64,000 nucleotides of DNA, taken from Myxococcota bacterium (GTDB taxonomy: Bacteria > Myxococcota_A > UBA9160 > UBA4427). The number at the start of each line of letters is the position of its first letter. Positions within the stretch are counted from its first letter, which is position 1. Positions 9,898 through 19,388 of this stretch are shown in pieces. The DNA is taken from contig OZ252299.1 in the NCBI GenBank assembly GCA_965250285.1, positions 5,632,001 to 5,696,000 on the forward strand, in the 5' to 3' direction. Both the position numbers and the translations under genes were made by a program. The notes below the pieces were generated by a model. That model made no database searches. It had not been told where the DNA came from and saw nothing but the letters and a program-made list of their open reading frames with translations.

Positions 9898-11385
9898 TTG
9901 CTCCGCAAGATCCTCGATTCGCCCTGGCCCTACTTCGCGCTGGCCGCGGTGTTGCTGGTCGCCGGCGTCCTGTCGCAGATCGAGTTCGAGCGGCCCAAGC
10001 CGCCGCGTGAGGGGCCCGAGGCGCTGCTCGACCTGCGCGATCGCGACGACCTCAACGTGATCTTCATCCTGGTCGACACGCTGCGGGCCGACCGCCTGCA
10101 GCCCTACGGCTACGAGCGGCCGACGAGTCCGTTCCTCGATCGGCTGGCGAGCCGGGGCATCGTGTTCGATCACGTCGAGAGTCAGTCGAGCTGGACGAAG
10201 GCCTCGATGGCCTCACTGTGGCTGGGCATGTATCCCGAGCGCACCGGCGTGCAGCGCTTCATGCACGGCGTGCCCGCCGAAGCCGTCATGCCGGCCGAGC
10301 TCTTCCAGGAGGCCGGCTACCGCACGGCGGGCATCTGGCGAAACGGCTGGGTCGCCAACAACTTCGGCTTCGATCAGGGCTTCGACCTGTACTACCGGCC
10401 GTCCCGCAACAAGCCCGTGAACGCGGTGCGCAAGCACAACCCGGGCGTGCAGCGCATCCCCGGGACCGATCTCGACGCGACCGAGTCGGCGATGGAGTTC
10501 ATCCTCGGCAACGTGCAGGATCGGTTCTTCCTCTACATCCACTACATGGACGTGCACCAGTACCTGTACACCGACACGACCCCCGACTTCGGCACGGCCT
10601 TTCCCGACATCTACGACATGTCGATCCACTGGACGGATCAGAACATCAAGCTGCTGATGGAGATGCTCGAGGAGCAGGGTCTGGCCGACAAGACGCTGGT
10701 CGTCATCTCGTCGGATCACGGCGAAGCGTTCTGGGAGCACGGGATGGAGGGGCACGCGCGCAACCTCTACCGCGAGACCCAGGAGGTGCCGTGGATCATC
10801 GTGCCGCCGTTCGAGCTCGAGCGGATCGACGTCGAGGAGCGCGTCGCGAACATCGACGTCTGGCCGACGATCCTCGACCTCGTGGGCATCCCCGCGCCGC
10901 CCGGCATGGACGGCCGCTCGTTGGTACCGCTGATCCTCGCGTCGGCGGGCATCGAGTCGCCCGAGGCCGAAGAGCTGCGCAGCCGCACGCTCTTCTCGCA
11001 GCTCGATCGCTCGTGGGGGCAGCCCGACAAGGATTCGAACCCGATCATCGCTGCGGTCCGCGACGACCACCGCTACGTCGAGTTCATCCTGAAGCGCGAC
11101 GAGGGCGAGCTCTTCGATCGCAGCGAAGATCCCCTCGAACGCTTCAATCTGCTCTCGAAGCAGGAAGACAAGGCCGAGGAGCTCCGCGGGGCGATCGATG
11201 GTCTGCTCGAGGCCCCGAAGCCCGAATGGGGCGGATCGCTCGAGGTCGAGCTCGACGAGATGAAGCGCAATCAGCTGCGCGCATTGGGCTACGTGATCCC
11301 GGCGCAGGATCGGCGCAAGGCCGCTCGCGAGGAAGCCGAGCAAGAGGGCGGCGAGGCGGCCGACGGCGCCGACACCGAGCAGTAG
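9898..11385 (+). CDS. Sulfatase-family (alkaline phosphatase superfamily) enzyme with an N-terminal membrane anchor
   Basis: TTG start after ggagg. Motifs NVIFILVDTLRAD, YGYERPTSP, SSWTKASMAS, HYMDVH, SDHGE, DVWPTILDL and QLRALGY. Confidence 0.88.
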   Translation: MLRKILDSPWPYFALAAVLLVAGVLSQIEFERPKPPREGPEALLDLRDRDDLNVIFILVDTLRADRLQPYGYERPTSPFLDRLASRGIVFDHVESQSSWTKASMASLWLGMYPERTGVQRFMHGVPAEAVMPAELFQEAGYRTAGIWRNGWVANNFGFDQGFDLYYRPSRNKPVNAVRKHNPGVQRIPGTDLDATESAMEFILGNVQDRFFLYIHYMDVHQYLYTDTTPDFGTAFPDIYDMSIHWTDQNIKLLMEMLEEQGLADKTLVVISSDHGEAFWEHGMEGHARNLYRETQEVPWIIVPPFELERIDVEERVANIDVWPTILDLVGIPAPPGMDGRSLVPLILASAGIESPEAEELRSRTLFSQLDRSWGQPDKDSNPIIAAVRDDHRYVEFILKRDEGELFDRSEDPLERFNLLSKQEDKAEELRGAIDGLLEAPKPEWGGSLEVELDEMKRNQLRALGYVIPAQDRRKAAREEAEQEGGEAADGADTEQ

Positions 11386-11610
11386 CGCGGCGCCCTACGC
11401 GTCTTCGCCGACGCTGATTCCTGAGCGCGGCGCGCTGTGGGTCATCGCCGACGCGGACTCAGTAGCGCGGCGCCCGACGCGTCTTCGCCGACACCGAGCA
11501 GTAACGCGGCGCCCTACGCGTCTTCGCCGACACCGAGCAGTAACGCGGCGCCCTACGCGTCTTCGCCGACACCGAGCGGTAGCGCGGCGCCCTACGCGTC
11601 CTCGCCGACG
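11367..11610. repeat. Tandem array of about 6 copies of a 39-40 bp unit spanning the convergent sulfatase/ddl junction
   Basis: Unit cgccgacaccgagcagta(g/a)cgcggcgccctacgcgtctt, with copies starting at 11367, 11406 (degenerate), 11446, 11486, 11525 and 11564. Confidence 0.9.
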
Positions 11611-12716
11611 TCCACCGGGCCCGGGCGGCGATAGCTCGTCTCGAGCCTTGCCCGGGCGTGATGACGCTCCATCGCCAGCTCGATCAACCGGTCGAGCAGC
11701 ATCGGGTACGAGAGCCCGGTGGCCTCCCACATCTTGGGATACATGCTGCCATCGGTGAAGCCGGGCAGGCTGTTGAGCTCGTTGATGTAGAGGTCGCCGG
11801 TTGCGCGGTCGAGAATGAAGTCGACGCGCGCGAGCCCCTCTGCCTCGAGCGTCTGATACGCAGCGACCGCCATCTCGCGGATCTTCGCCGTCGTCGGCTC
11901 GTCGAGCTCGGCGGGGATCACGAGCTCGGTGGCATCGTCGTGGTACTTCGACTCGTAGTCGTAGAACGCACTCGTGCAGCGAATCTCGCCGGGCAGCGAC
12001 GCCTCGGGTCGCTCGTTGCCGAGCACGGCGACCTCGATCTCGCGCGGATCGAGCCCGCGCTCGATCAGGATCTTGCGGTCGTAGCGGAGCGCGTCTCGAA
12101 TCGCCCGCACCAGCTCAGCGCGGTTCTCGGCCGGCGAGATGCCGACCGAGCTGCCTGAGTTGGCCGGTTTCACGAAAACGGGCCAGCCGAGGGTGCGCTC
12201 GCTCTCGTCGAGTGTGGCTTCGAGGGCGGCGCCTTCGAGCTCGTGGGCGCGCCGGGTGATCCAGGGGACGACGGGCAGGCCGGCATCGCGCAGCAGTCGC
12301 TTCGCGACGTCCTTGTCCATCTGAACCGACGAGCCGAGCACGCCCGAGCCAACGTAGGGCAGGTCGGCGAGCTCGAGCAGACCCTGAAGCGCGCCGTCCT
12401 CGCCGCCCTTGCCATGGATGAGCGGCAGCACGACGTCGAGCGATCGCGCGACGGCTTCGGGGCTATCGGCAGACGGTACGAGCGTCACGTCGCCGGGGCG
12501 CGCCGGCATCAGCACCTCGCCGGGGGTCTCCGGCACGTCGGCCAAGAGCTGGCCGCCCGAGCCCAGATGCCAGCGGCCGTCGTGGTCGACACCGATCAGG
12601 GTCACGTCGTAGCGGCTCGGATCGAGTGCCTGCAGCACCGAGGTCGCCGAAACCACCGACACCTCGTGCTCGACGGAGCGTCCACCAAAGAGCAGCCCGA
12701 CTCGCAGCTTGGCCAT
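11592..12716 (-). CDS. ddl: D-alanine--D-alanine ligase
   Basis: MAKLRVGLLFGGRSVEHEVS, HGKGGEDGALQG, MDK, VKPANSGSSVG, FYDYESKY and NELNSLPG. GGAGG RBS. Confidence 0.96.
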   Translation of the reverse strand: MAKLRVGLLFGGRSVEHEVSVVSATSVLQALDPSRYDVTLIGVDHDGRWHLGSGGQLLADVPETPGEVLMPARPGDVTLVPSADSPEAVARSLDVVLPLIHGKGGEDGALQGLLELADLPYVGSGVLGSSVQMDKDVAKRLLRDAGLPVVPWITRRAHELEGAALEATLDESERTLGWPVFVKPANSGSSVGISPAENRAELVRAIRDALRYDRKILIERGLDPREIEVAVLGNERPEASLPGEIRCTSAFYDYESKYHDDATELVIPAELDEPTTAKIREMAVAAYQTLEAEGLARVDFILDRATGDLYINELNSLPGFTDGSMYPKMWEATGLSYPMLLDRLIELAMERHHARARLETSYRRPGPVDVGEDA

Positions 12717-12992
12717 GTTCCCCCCCTCCACGCGGCCCATGATAGGCCCGGGCTGAGCGCTCTGCCGTGGCGCGCATGTTCTAGAGCATCGGCCGCTTGC
12801 CGCAGATCTTGCGCGCGGGCTGCCGGCGCCGTGCGGGGGGCGTCGCGAGACCGGGCGCCTGGGCGCCCGAGCGCTCGGTTCTGGGCGCCGTGCGGCCCCA
12901 TCGGCTCGTTCGCGGCCCCACCGGGCCTGGTCAGTGCACGCCCGGCCGCGCGGTTGACCGCATCCGCCACCCCTCGTACCGTGCCCCCCGAG

Positions 12993-13877
12993 ATGACCCC
13001 CCCGCCGCCCGCGCAGCCCCTCGAAGCGGCCCAGACCGCGCTCTCGCCCGAGCTTCGTGCGAAGGAGGCCCGGCTGCGCGAGCAGCTGGCGGCCGCCGGC
13101 CCGCTCGTGGTCGCGTTCTCGGGGGGCGTCGATTCGAGCTACCTCGCCTGGGTGGCCCACGATGTCCTCGGTCACGACGCGCTTGCCGTCACCGCGCTCT
13201 CGGCTTCGTATCCCGCCCACCACCGCGAGATGGCCGAGCAGATCGCGCGCGACTTCGCGCTGCCCCATCGCTTCGTCGAGACCGACGAGATGACGAACGC
13301 GGCCTACCGCGCGAACGCGCCCGACCGCTGTTACCACTGCAAGACGGCGCTCTTCGAGCGCCTCGATCGGCTCGTTGCCGAAGAGGGGCAGGCCGCCATC
13401 GCGTACGGCGTGAACGCCGACGACGCGAGCGACTTTCGTCCCGGTCACCGCGCGGCTGCCGAGCACCGGGTGCTCTCGCCGCTGCTCGATGCCGGTCTCG
13501 ACAAGGCCGAAGTGCGCGCGCTCTCGCGCGCGGCGGGGCTGCCGACGTGGGATCTGCCCGCCTCGGCGTGTCTGTCTTCGCGGCTGCCCTACGGCACCGA
13601 AGTGACGCCCGAACGCCTGCGTCAGGTCGAAGCGGGTGAGGCCCGGCTGCGCGAGCTCGGTTTCGCGCAGGTGCGACTGCGACACCATGGCGATCTCGCG
13701 CGCGTCGAGATCGCGCCCGAAGAGATGCCCCGAGCCCTCGACGCCGAGATGGCGGAGCGGATCAGCGCCGCGATCAAGCCGCTCGGGTTTCGCTGGGTGA
13801 GCCTCGACCTGGATGGCTACCGCATGGGCTCACTGAACGAAGTGCTCTTCATTCGAAGCGAAGACGCCAAGAGCTGA
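12993..13877 (+). CDS. larE: ATP-dependent sulfur transferase, LarE family
   Basis: PP-loop AFSGGVDS, RCYHCK, DFRPG, ACLSSRLPYG, QVRLRHHGDLARVE and LDLDGYRMGSLN. Start is approximate. Confidence 0.88.
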   Translation: MTPPPPAQPLEAAQTALSPELRAKEARLREQLAAAGPLVVAFSGGVDSSYLAWVAHDVLGHDALAVTALSASYPAHHREMAEQIARDFALPHRFVETDEMTNAAYRANAPDRCYHCKTALFERLDRLVAEEGQAAIAYGVNADDASDFRPGHRAAAEHRVLSPLLDAGLDKAEVRALSRAAGLPTWDLPASACLSSRLPYGTEVTPERLRQVEAGEARLRELGFAQVRLRHHGDLARVEIAPEEMPRALDAEMAERISAAIKPLGFRWVSLDLDGYRMGSLNEVLFIRSEDAKS

Positions 13878-13938
13878 CGCCCGTGCGCGCGTCACCGGGA
13901 GAAGCGTCGGCGCCGTCGCGCGCCGCGCCACGAGGATC

Positions 13939-14844
13939 ATGATCGAGACCTTCGAGTGCACCGGACAGCCCCGAAACATGGGCTCCGATCAGGGACGGGC
14001 GCAGGCGCCGGCGATCCGCCGCTGCGTCGAGGCCGCGGGGTTGCCGCTTCGCCGATCGCGTCTCGCGAACCTGCGCCCCTTCGTGGTCGGGGGCACGCGG
14101 GGCGGCGGCGACGGCCGCGAGCTGATCCGCCACTTCACGCACCTCTCGGAGCGCATCGACGGGATCGCGCGCTTCGCCGACGTCGACGTCGACAGTGTGT
14201 TCGAGCTGCATCTCCGCACCGCCCGGGGCGCGGGCGGCGCAGGCCCGCTCGTCGCCCCGGCGGTCGCCGTCGCGGGGCCAGGGCTCGCCGGGTCGGCCGG
14301 GCTTGGGCTCTCGCGCGGGCTGCCCGTCGAGATCGGCGACGTCGATGCGTACTGCATCCGACGCAGCCGGCCCGAGGTCGGCTTCGCCTCGCTCGAGGTC
14401 ACGCTGCCTTGGCTGGCCTCGTCGCTGGCCGGCGTCAACGCAGCAGGCGTCTGCGTGGCCCTCGCGCCGCTGCGCGCACGACCGCGTGGGCTCGGCGCGG
14501 CCGCACCCTCCTACCTGCTGGTGCAGGAGTGCCTGCAGCGCTTCGAGGATGTCGAAGGCTGCATCGACTGGTGCCTCAAGCGGCCCGTGCTCGGCGACGC
14601 GACGCTCGTGCTCGCCGACGCGCGGGGCGAGACGGCGACGATCGATCTGCAGGGACGCGCGCGGCGGGTCGAGCGCCGTGAGAAGGGCCCGATCGGCGCG
14701 AATGCGACCGGGCCCGTCGAGGCCTCGTCGGCCGATGTCTCGCCCGGCGAGGGCGGCCTCTGCGTCGACCTCGACGCCGACTCGCGACGGCTCACCCTGC
14801 GACGGATCGGGGACGACGCCGAGCGCGTCACGCTCACGCTCTAG
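13939..14844 (+). CDS. Hypothetical protein resembling the peptidase C45/AAT (Ntn hydrolase) family, possibly degenerate
   Basis: N-terminal GQPRNMGSDQG and LAGVNAAGVCV...LLVQECLQRFEDVEG...LVLADARG match the C45 family pattern. No clear autoprocessing Cys. Confidence 0.5.
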   Translation: MIETFECTGQPRNMGSDQGRAQAPAIRRCVEAAGLPLRRSRLANLRPFVVGGTRGGGDGRELIRHFTHLSERIDGIARFADVDVDSVFELHLRTARGAGGAGPLVAPAVAVAGPGLAGSAGLGLSRGLPVEIGDVDAYCIRRSRPEVGFASLEVTLPWLASSLAGVNAAGVCVALAPLRARPRGLGAAAPSYLLVQECLQRFEDVEGCIDWCLKRPVLGDATLVLADARGETATIDLQGRARRVERREKGPIGANATGPVEASSADVSPGEGGLCVDLDADSRRLTLRRIGDDAERVTLTL

Positions 14845-14881
14845 TCGAGCGAGCCACTCGGCCCCGGCTTGGCGCCAGCCG

Positions 14882-16282
14882 CTACGGCGGCGCAGGCGCT
14901 TCGGGTTCGTGTCCCGGCGCGTCCTCGCGCGGGCCGCGCCATCCCCGCACCTCTTCGAGCACGGCCTTGGTCAGACGCGTGATCGCCAGCCCCATCAAGA
15001 ACGCGACGCTCGCGCTGCGCAGCACGCGCACCCAGATCGGCCAGTGGGGCTTGGCGAGGAAGCGCCACGTGTCGAGCAGCAGCAGGTGCTCGGTCAGCCA
15101 GGCGTAGAGCCCCCAGATGTAGAGACTGCAGAGCAGCTGCGCCGCGATCGCCAGGGGCCATCCCGCGAAGAACCAGAGCGGCAGCGACCAGGCGAGATAC
15201 TGGAAGGCAAAGAAGTTGGTGAACGCGAGCACGATCGCGTAGCCCTGGGCCACGGTCGCGGCGATCGCGTCGGGCGATCGGTGTCGTCGCCGAAGCCACG
15301 CCCAGGCGATCACGAGCGCCGTGACGATCTGGCCGTCGGCGCGGTAGTAGCCGTTCGCGAGCGTCACGAACGTGCGGCGGGCCGGCGCCGAGAGCGCGTG
15401 GAGCTCTGGATAGAAGACCTGGGGGCCCCAGATCAGGACGCCGCTCGTCGTCTGGATGCGCAGCCCCGAGTAGAGAAACACGGCCTCGATCGTCGCGCGC
15501 GGGTCGACGAGCAGCGCCGGGGCGAAGCCGACGAACGCCGTCGCGCCGAGGGCCGCCGCGAATCGAAAGCGCGCCTGCAGGTCGGGCAGGACGAGAAAGA
15601 GCGCCGGCGCGGCGAGCAGGCCCGGGATCTTGATCGAGGCGCCGAGGCCGAGCGCGACGCCGGCCCAGCCCGGCCGACCGTGGGCGACCGTGACGACCGC
15701 CCAGACCAGCGAACAGGCGACGACCGAGTCGGTATTGCCGTGGTGCGCCGAGAAGACGATCGCGAGGGGCGCGCACCAGTACAGCGCGCCGAGCAGATGC
15801 CGGTGCGCGCGAAACCAGGCGCGCTCACTGGTGGCCGCCAGCGCCACGACACCGAACGCGGTCGCGGCATCGACGAACACGAAGGGCAAGCGCAGCAGGA
15901 GGGGGAAGCTCGGACCGCCGGCCTCGGCGATGCGATGCAGGCCGGTGACCGCAAAGCCGGCGAGCGGCGGATGATTGAAGATGAATTCGCCGCCGCCGTA
16001 GTAGGTCACGAGCCCGAGTCGCTCGATCTCTCGGGCGTGGCCGGCCCACACATCGACGTCGACGGTGCCGGGGCTCCAGCCGACCAGCGCGGCGCGCAGG
16101 CCGAGGCCGATCGCGACGAGCACGCCGATCCCGATCTGCTCACGTGTGAGACCCATCACGTTCGCGGCGCTCGGCGTCGGCGGCTCCGTCGCGGCCTTCG
16201 GCTCGGTCGGCGCCTGGGGCTTGATCGGCGCCTGCGGCTCGGTCGGCGCCTGCGGCTTGGTCGGCGCCTGCGGCTTGGTCAA
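14882..16282 (-). CDS. GT-C fold membrane glycosyltransferase (GT87/DUF2029-like)
   Basis: Multi-TM protein with GTVDVDVW, FNHPP, HGNTDSV and IKIPGLL. Start set at TTG 16282 behind AGGAG; an alternative ATG lies at 16156. Confidence 0.7.
   Translation of the reverse strand: MTKPQAPTKPQAPTEPQAPIKPQAPTEPKAATEPPTPSAANVMGLTREQIGIGVLVAIGLGLRAALVGWSPGTVDVDVWAGHAREIERLGLVTYYGGGEFIFNHPPLAGFAVTGLHRIAEAGGPSFPLLLRLPFVFVDAATAFGVVALAATSERAWFRAHRHLLGALYWCAPLAIVFSAHHGNTDSVVACSLVWAVVTVAHGRPGWAGVALGLGASIKIPGLLAAPALFLVLPDLQARFRFAAALGATAFVGFAPALLVDPRATIEAVFLYSGLRIQTTSGVLIWGPQVFYPELHALSAPARRTFVTLANGYYRADGQIVTALVIAWAWLRRRHRSPDAIAATVAQGYAIVLAFTNFFAFQYLAWSLPLWFFAGWPLAIAAQLLCSLYIWGLYAWLTEHLLLLDTWRFLAKPHWPIWVRVLRSASVAFLMGLAITRLTKAVLEEVRGWRGPREDAPGHEPEAPAPP
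16190..16282 (-). repeat. 18-bp tandem repeat encoding (T/I)(K/E)PQAP, about 5 copies
   Basis: Units such as cggcgcctgcggcttggt on the + strand; translation TKPQAPTKPQAPTEPQAPIKPQAPTEPKAA. Confidence 0.85.
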
Positions 16283-16424
16283 AGAAAGACGTCTCCTGCC
16301 CGATGGGTTCGACTGGCATCTTCGCGCGACGTGGGGTTCCCTGCGCAGGGCGCATTCCCATGGCACGCCCGAGGCTGGCCCACGCCCGGCGCCCGCCGCG
16401 TGCGATCGGAGCATAGAGAAGCCC

Positions 16425-18599
16425 GTGACGCCCAGGTCGACCGAGCAGACGAGCTTCTGGCTGGGATGCGTGGGCGTCGCGCTCTTCTGGCTCGCGATCG
16501 GCTGGCCGGTCTTCGAGGGCACGGTCTACACCGACTCGGATCTCGGCAACTTCCACCTGCCGATGCGCTTCTTCTACGCCGAAGCGCTCGAGCGGGGCAG
16601 TGACTTTCACTGGTTTCCCTACGCATACAACGGTTTTCACCTCCACGGGGAGGGACAGGCGAGCCTCTATCACCCGCTCAACTGGCTGATCTACCGCTGG
16701 CTGCCGCTCGACGTCGCGTTCGTGCTCGACATCCTGCGAAACTACGTCTTTCTCGCCGTGGGCGCGTTCTTCTTTCTGCGCCGTGTCGAGGTGCGACGCG
16801 ATGCCGCGGTGCTCGGAGCTGGTCTGCTCGCCTTCGGCAGCTTCTCGATGCTGCACTTCATGCATCTGAACGTGATGGCCATCGTGGCGCACCTGCCGTG
16901 GGCGTTGCTCGCGATCGACATCGCCCTGCGATCGAAGCGCAGCGACCATGCGGCGTGGGCCACGGTCGCCGTCGCTGCGTTGACGGCGTCGCAGCTGCTC
17001 TTCGGTCATCCCCAGTTCGTGTGGATGTCTCTGGTCGCCGAGGCGGCCTACGCGCTCTTCGTGCTGCGGCGTGGCGCCGAGCGGCTGCGCTGGGCATGGC
17101 TGCTGGCCGCCACGCTGGTTGCGTTTCCGATGGCGGCGGTGCAGATGATCCCGCAGTGGGAGACGCTGGGGCTGTCCGAGCGAGCCCAGCCCCATGACTT
17201 CTTCGCGTATACCCTCTCGCTGCGACCCGAGAACCTCACGCAGCTCGTCTCGCCGCTCTTCTTTCGCGCGCGCGCCGTCGGCGGTGTCGAGGCGACCGAG
17301 TTCGCGGTCTACTCGGGCTCGCTCGTGCCCGTGCTGCTCGGCTGGATCGTCGTGCGTCGGCGCGCGTTCGGGCGCGCGGGGCCGCTGCTCTACGCCGCGC
17401 TCGGCTTCGCCGCGTTCGGCTTTCTGATGGCGCTCGGCGAGTACGGCCCGATCTACTGGATGCAGGCGAATCTGCCGGTCATCGAGGTGTTCCGAGGCCC
17501 GGCGCGCTATGTGCTGCTCGGGCAGCTCGGGCTCGCCGTCGCCTCTGCGATCGCCTTTGCCGATCTCGCCCGCTTCTGTGAACGCCGCGCGCGCGGCGAG
17601 ACGGCGACAGAAGACGGCGATCTGCGCTGGCTGGCCCTGCCGCTCGGCCTGGCCCTGGTCGTGCTCGTGCTCGGCCTGGCGAACCCGTTCAGCGGGTCGG
17701 TTGCGCGGGCGGTGTCGACGCCCGGCCGACTCGCGATGGGCGTCGTCGGGATCGCGGTCTTCACCGGGCTCGTGTTTCTCGCCGCGCGAGGCGTGCGGTT
17801 CGTGCTGCCCGCGTTGATCGCGCTCGCGCTGCTCGATCTCGGTGTCTACGGCATGACGTGGATGCGCCGCGAGAAGCCGGTCGACCTCGAGCGATTCGTC
17901 GCCCGGCGACGTGTGCCCGAGTGGACCGACCGCTACCGCATGCACTGGGGGCCCCAGGCCCTCTCAATGCGTCACATCCGACTGGCGAACGGCTATGCCG
18001 CGATGGTGCCCGAGCGGCGTCTGCCGCTCGAGGTGGTCGACATCGGCGCGCGCGCGCCTTCGCCCGAGATGTGGGCGGCGCTGCGCATCGCAGGGGTGGG
18101 CTTCGCGTACGGACGCCTGATCGATGATCCGCTGCCGCGGGTGCGCCTCGTTTCGCGGGGCGTGCGCGCCGAGCGGCTGCTCGAGCAGCTTCGCTCGATC
18201 GACCCGCGACGCATGGCGATCGTCGACGGCGACTTCCTGCTCGGGGGCGGACCGCCCGGCGACGTGCTCGTGCTCGATGATCTGCCCGGCGAGCTGCGCG
18301 TCGAGACGAGCGCGCCGACGCGTCAGATCCTCGTCTTCGCCGAGTCGCATCATCCCGGCTGGGTCGCGCGTCTCGACGGCGAGCCCGCCGAGATCCTGCG
18401 CGTGTATGGCGACTTCATGGGGGTGGGCGTGCCGAAGGGCGTCCACGAGATCGAGCTGCGCTTCGAGCCGAGCAGCGTGCGCACCGGACGCCTCGTCTCG
18501 CTCGCTGGCTGCGCCGCGCTCGTGCCGATCTGGTTCGGAGTGCGACGAAGCGGTCGGGGCCGCGATGCAGCGGCCCCTCGAGCGAGTGACTCCGACTAG
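16425..18599 (+). CDS. YfhO-family membrane protein (GT-C-like)
   Basis: DSDLGNFHLPMR, WFPYAYNGFHLHGEGQASLYHPLN, FRGPARY, and C-terminal LVFAESHHPGWVARLDGEP...GVGVPKGVHEIELRFEP. Start at GTG is approximate. Confidence 0.82.
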   Translation: MTPRSTEQTSFWLGCVGVALFWLAIGWPVFEGTVYTDSDLGNFHLPMRFFYAEALERGSDFHWFPYAYNGFHLHGEGQASLYHPLNWLIYRWLPLDVAFVLDILRNYVFLAVGAFFFLRRVEVRRDAAVLGAGLLAFGSFSMLHFMHLNVMAIVAHLPWALLAIDIALRSKRSDHAAWATVAVAALTASQLLFGHPQFVWMSLVAEAAYALFVLRRGAERLRWAWLLAATLVAFPMAAVQMIPQWETLGLSERAQPHDFFAYTLSLRPENLTQLVSPLFFRARAVGGVEATEFAVYSGSLVPVLLGWIVVRRRAFGRAGPLLYAALGFAAFGFLMALGEYGPIYWMQANLPVIEVFRGPARYVLLGQLGLAVASAIAFADLARFCERRARGETATEDGDLRWLALPLGLALVVLVLGLANPFSGSVARAVSTPGRLAMGVVGIAVFTGLVFLAARGVRFVLPALIALALLDLGVYGMTWMRREKPVDLERFVARRRVPEWTDRYRMHWGPQALSMRHIRLANGYAAMVPERRLPLEVVDIGARAPSPEMWAALRIAGVGFAYGRLIDDPLPRVRLVSRGVRAERLLEQLRSIDPRRMAIVDGDFLLGGGPPGDVLVLDDLPGELRVETSAPTRQILVFAESHHPGWVARLDGEPAEILRVYGDFMGVGVPKGVHEIELRFEPSSVRTGRLVSLAGCAALVPIWFGVRRSGRGRDAAAPRASDSD

Positions 18600-19363
18600 T
18601 CCCGGTCGTGGGCGAACGTGCCGAGGCTGCCCATGAACGACGTCATCCAGCGGCGCGGGGTCACGCGCCCGAGCACCTCGAGCGCGCGATTGCCGAGGCC
18701 CGGGACGACGAGGGGGCCGCGCCGCTTTCGCATCGCGCGCAGCGAGGCGTCGACGACCTTCTCGGGCGGCATCGCGAAGAAATCGAGCAGGCCGAGAAAC
18801 CGCTCGAGCCCGGCGCGCCCGAGAAACCCGGTGCGCGTGACGCCGGGGCAGAGGCCCTGCACGTAGACGCCGCGCCGCTTCGACTGGTACCAGAGCGACT
18901 CGCTGAACGACGCGAGGAAGCACTTCGTTGCGACATAGGTGGGTTGCACCGGCGTCGGCAGCCAGTTGGTGATCGACGAGAGATTGATCAGGGCATCCCC
19001 GGGTCGCGCCTGGGCCAGGTGGGCGTGGGCGAGCCGGATGGCCGCCGCACAGTTGACCGACAGGATCGCGAGCTCGTCCTCGACGTCGGCGTCGGCGAAG
19101 TCGCCGAACAGGCTGTAGCCCGCGTTGTTCACGAGCAGTGCGACCGGCTCGGCGCCCAGGTGATCGGTGCACCGCGTGAGCCCGGCATCGGTGCCGAGGT
19201 CGGCGACGAGCGGCCTGTGGCCTTCACCCGCGAGCTCGGTCATCAGCTCGGCGAGGCGCAGCTCGTTGCGCGCGACCGCCGTGATCGCGTAGCCCTCGCG
19301 CGCGAGTCGCAGCGCAAACGCGCGTCCCAGGCCTTCGCTCGCGCCGGTCACCATGGCTCTCAC
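18596..19363 (-). CDS. Short-chain dehydrogenase/reductase (DltE-like)
   Basis: TGASEGLG, VNNAG, catalytic YVATK and CPGVTRT. GTG start after AGGAGA. Confidence 0.92.
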   Translation of the reverse strand: MRAMVTGASEGLGRAFALRLAREGYAITAVARNELRLAELMTELAGEGHRPLVADLGTDAGLTRCTDHLGAEPVALLVNNAGYSLFGDFADADVEDELAILSVNCAAAIRLAHAHLAQARPGDALINLSSITNWLPTPVQPTYVATKCFLASFSESLWYQSKRRGVYVQGLCPGVTRTGFLGRAGLERFLGLLDFFAMPPEKVVDASLRAMRKRRGPLVVPGLGNRALEVLGRVTPRRWMTSFMGSLGTFAHDRD

Positions 19364-19388
19364 GATCGTTTCTCCTCGCCGGCTCGAA

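Noticed and set aside
11367..11610. Possible CRISPR array
   Set aside because: Units are contiguous with no unique spacers, they overlap coding ends, and no cas genes are present.
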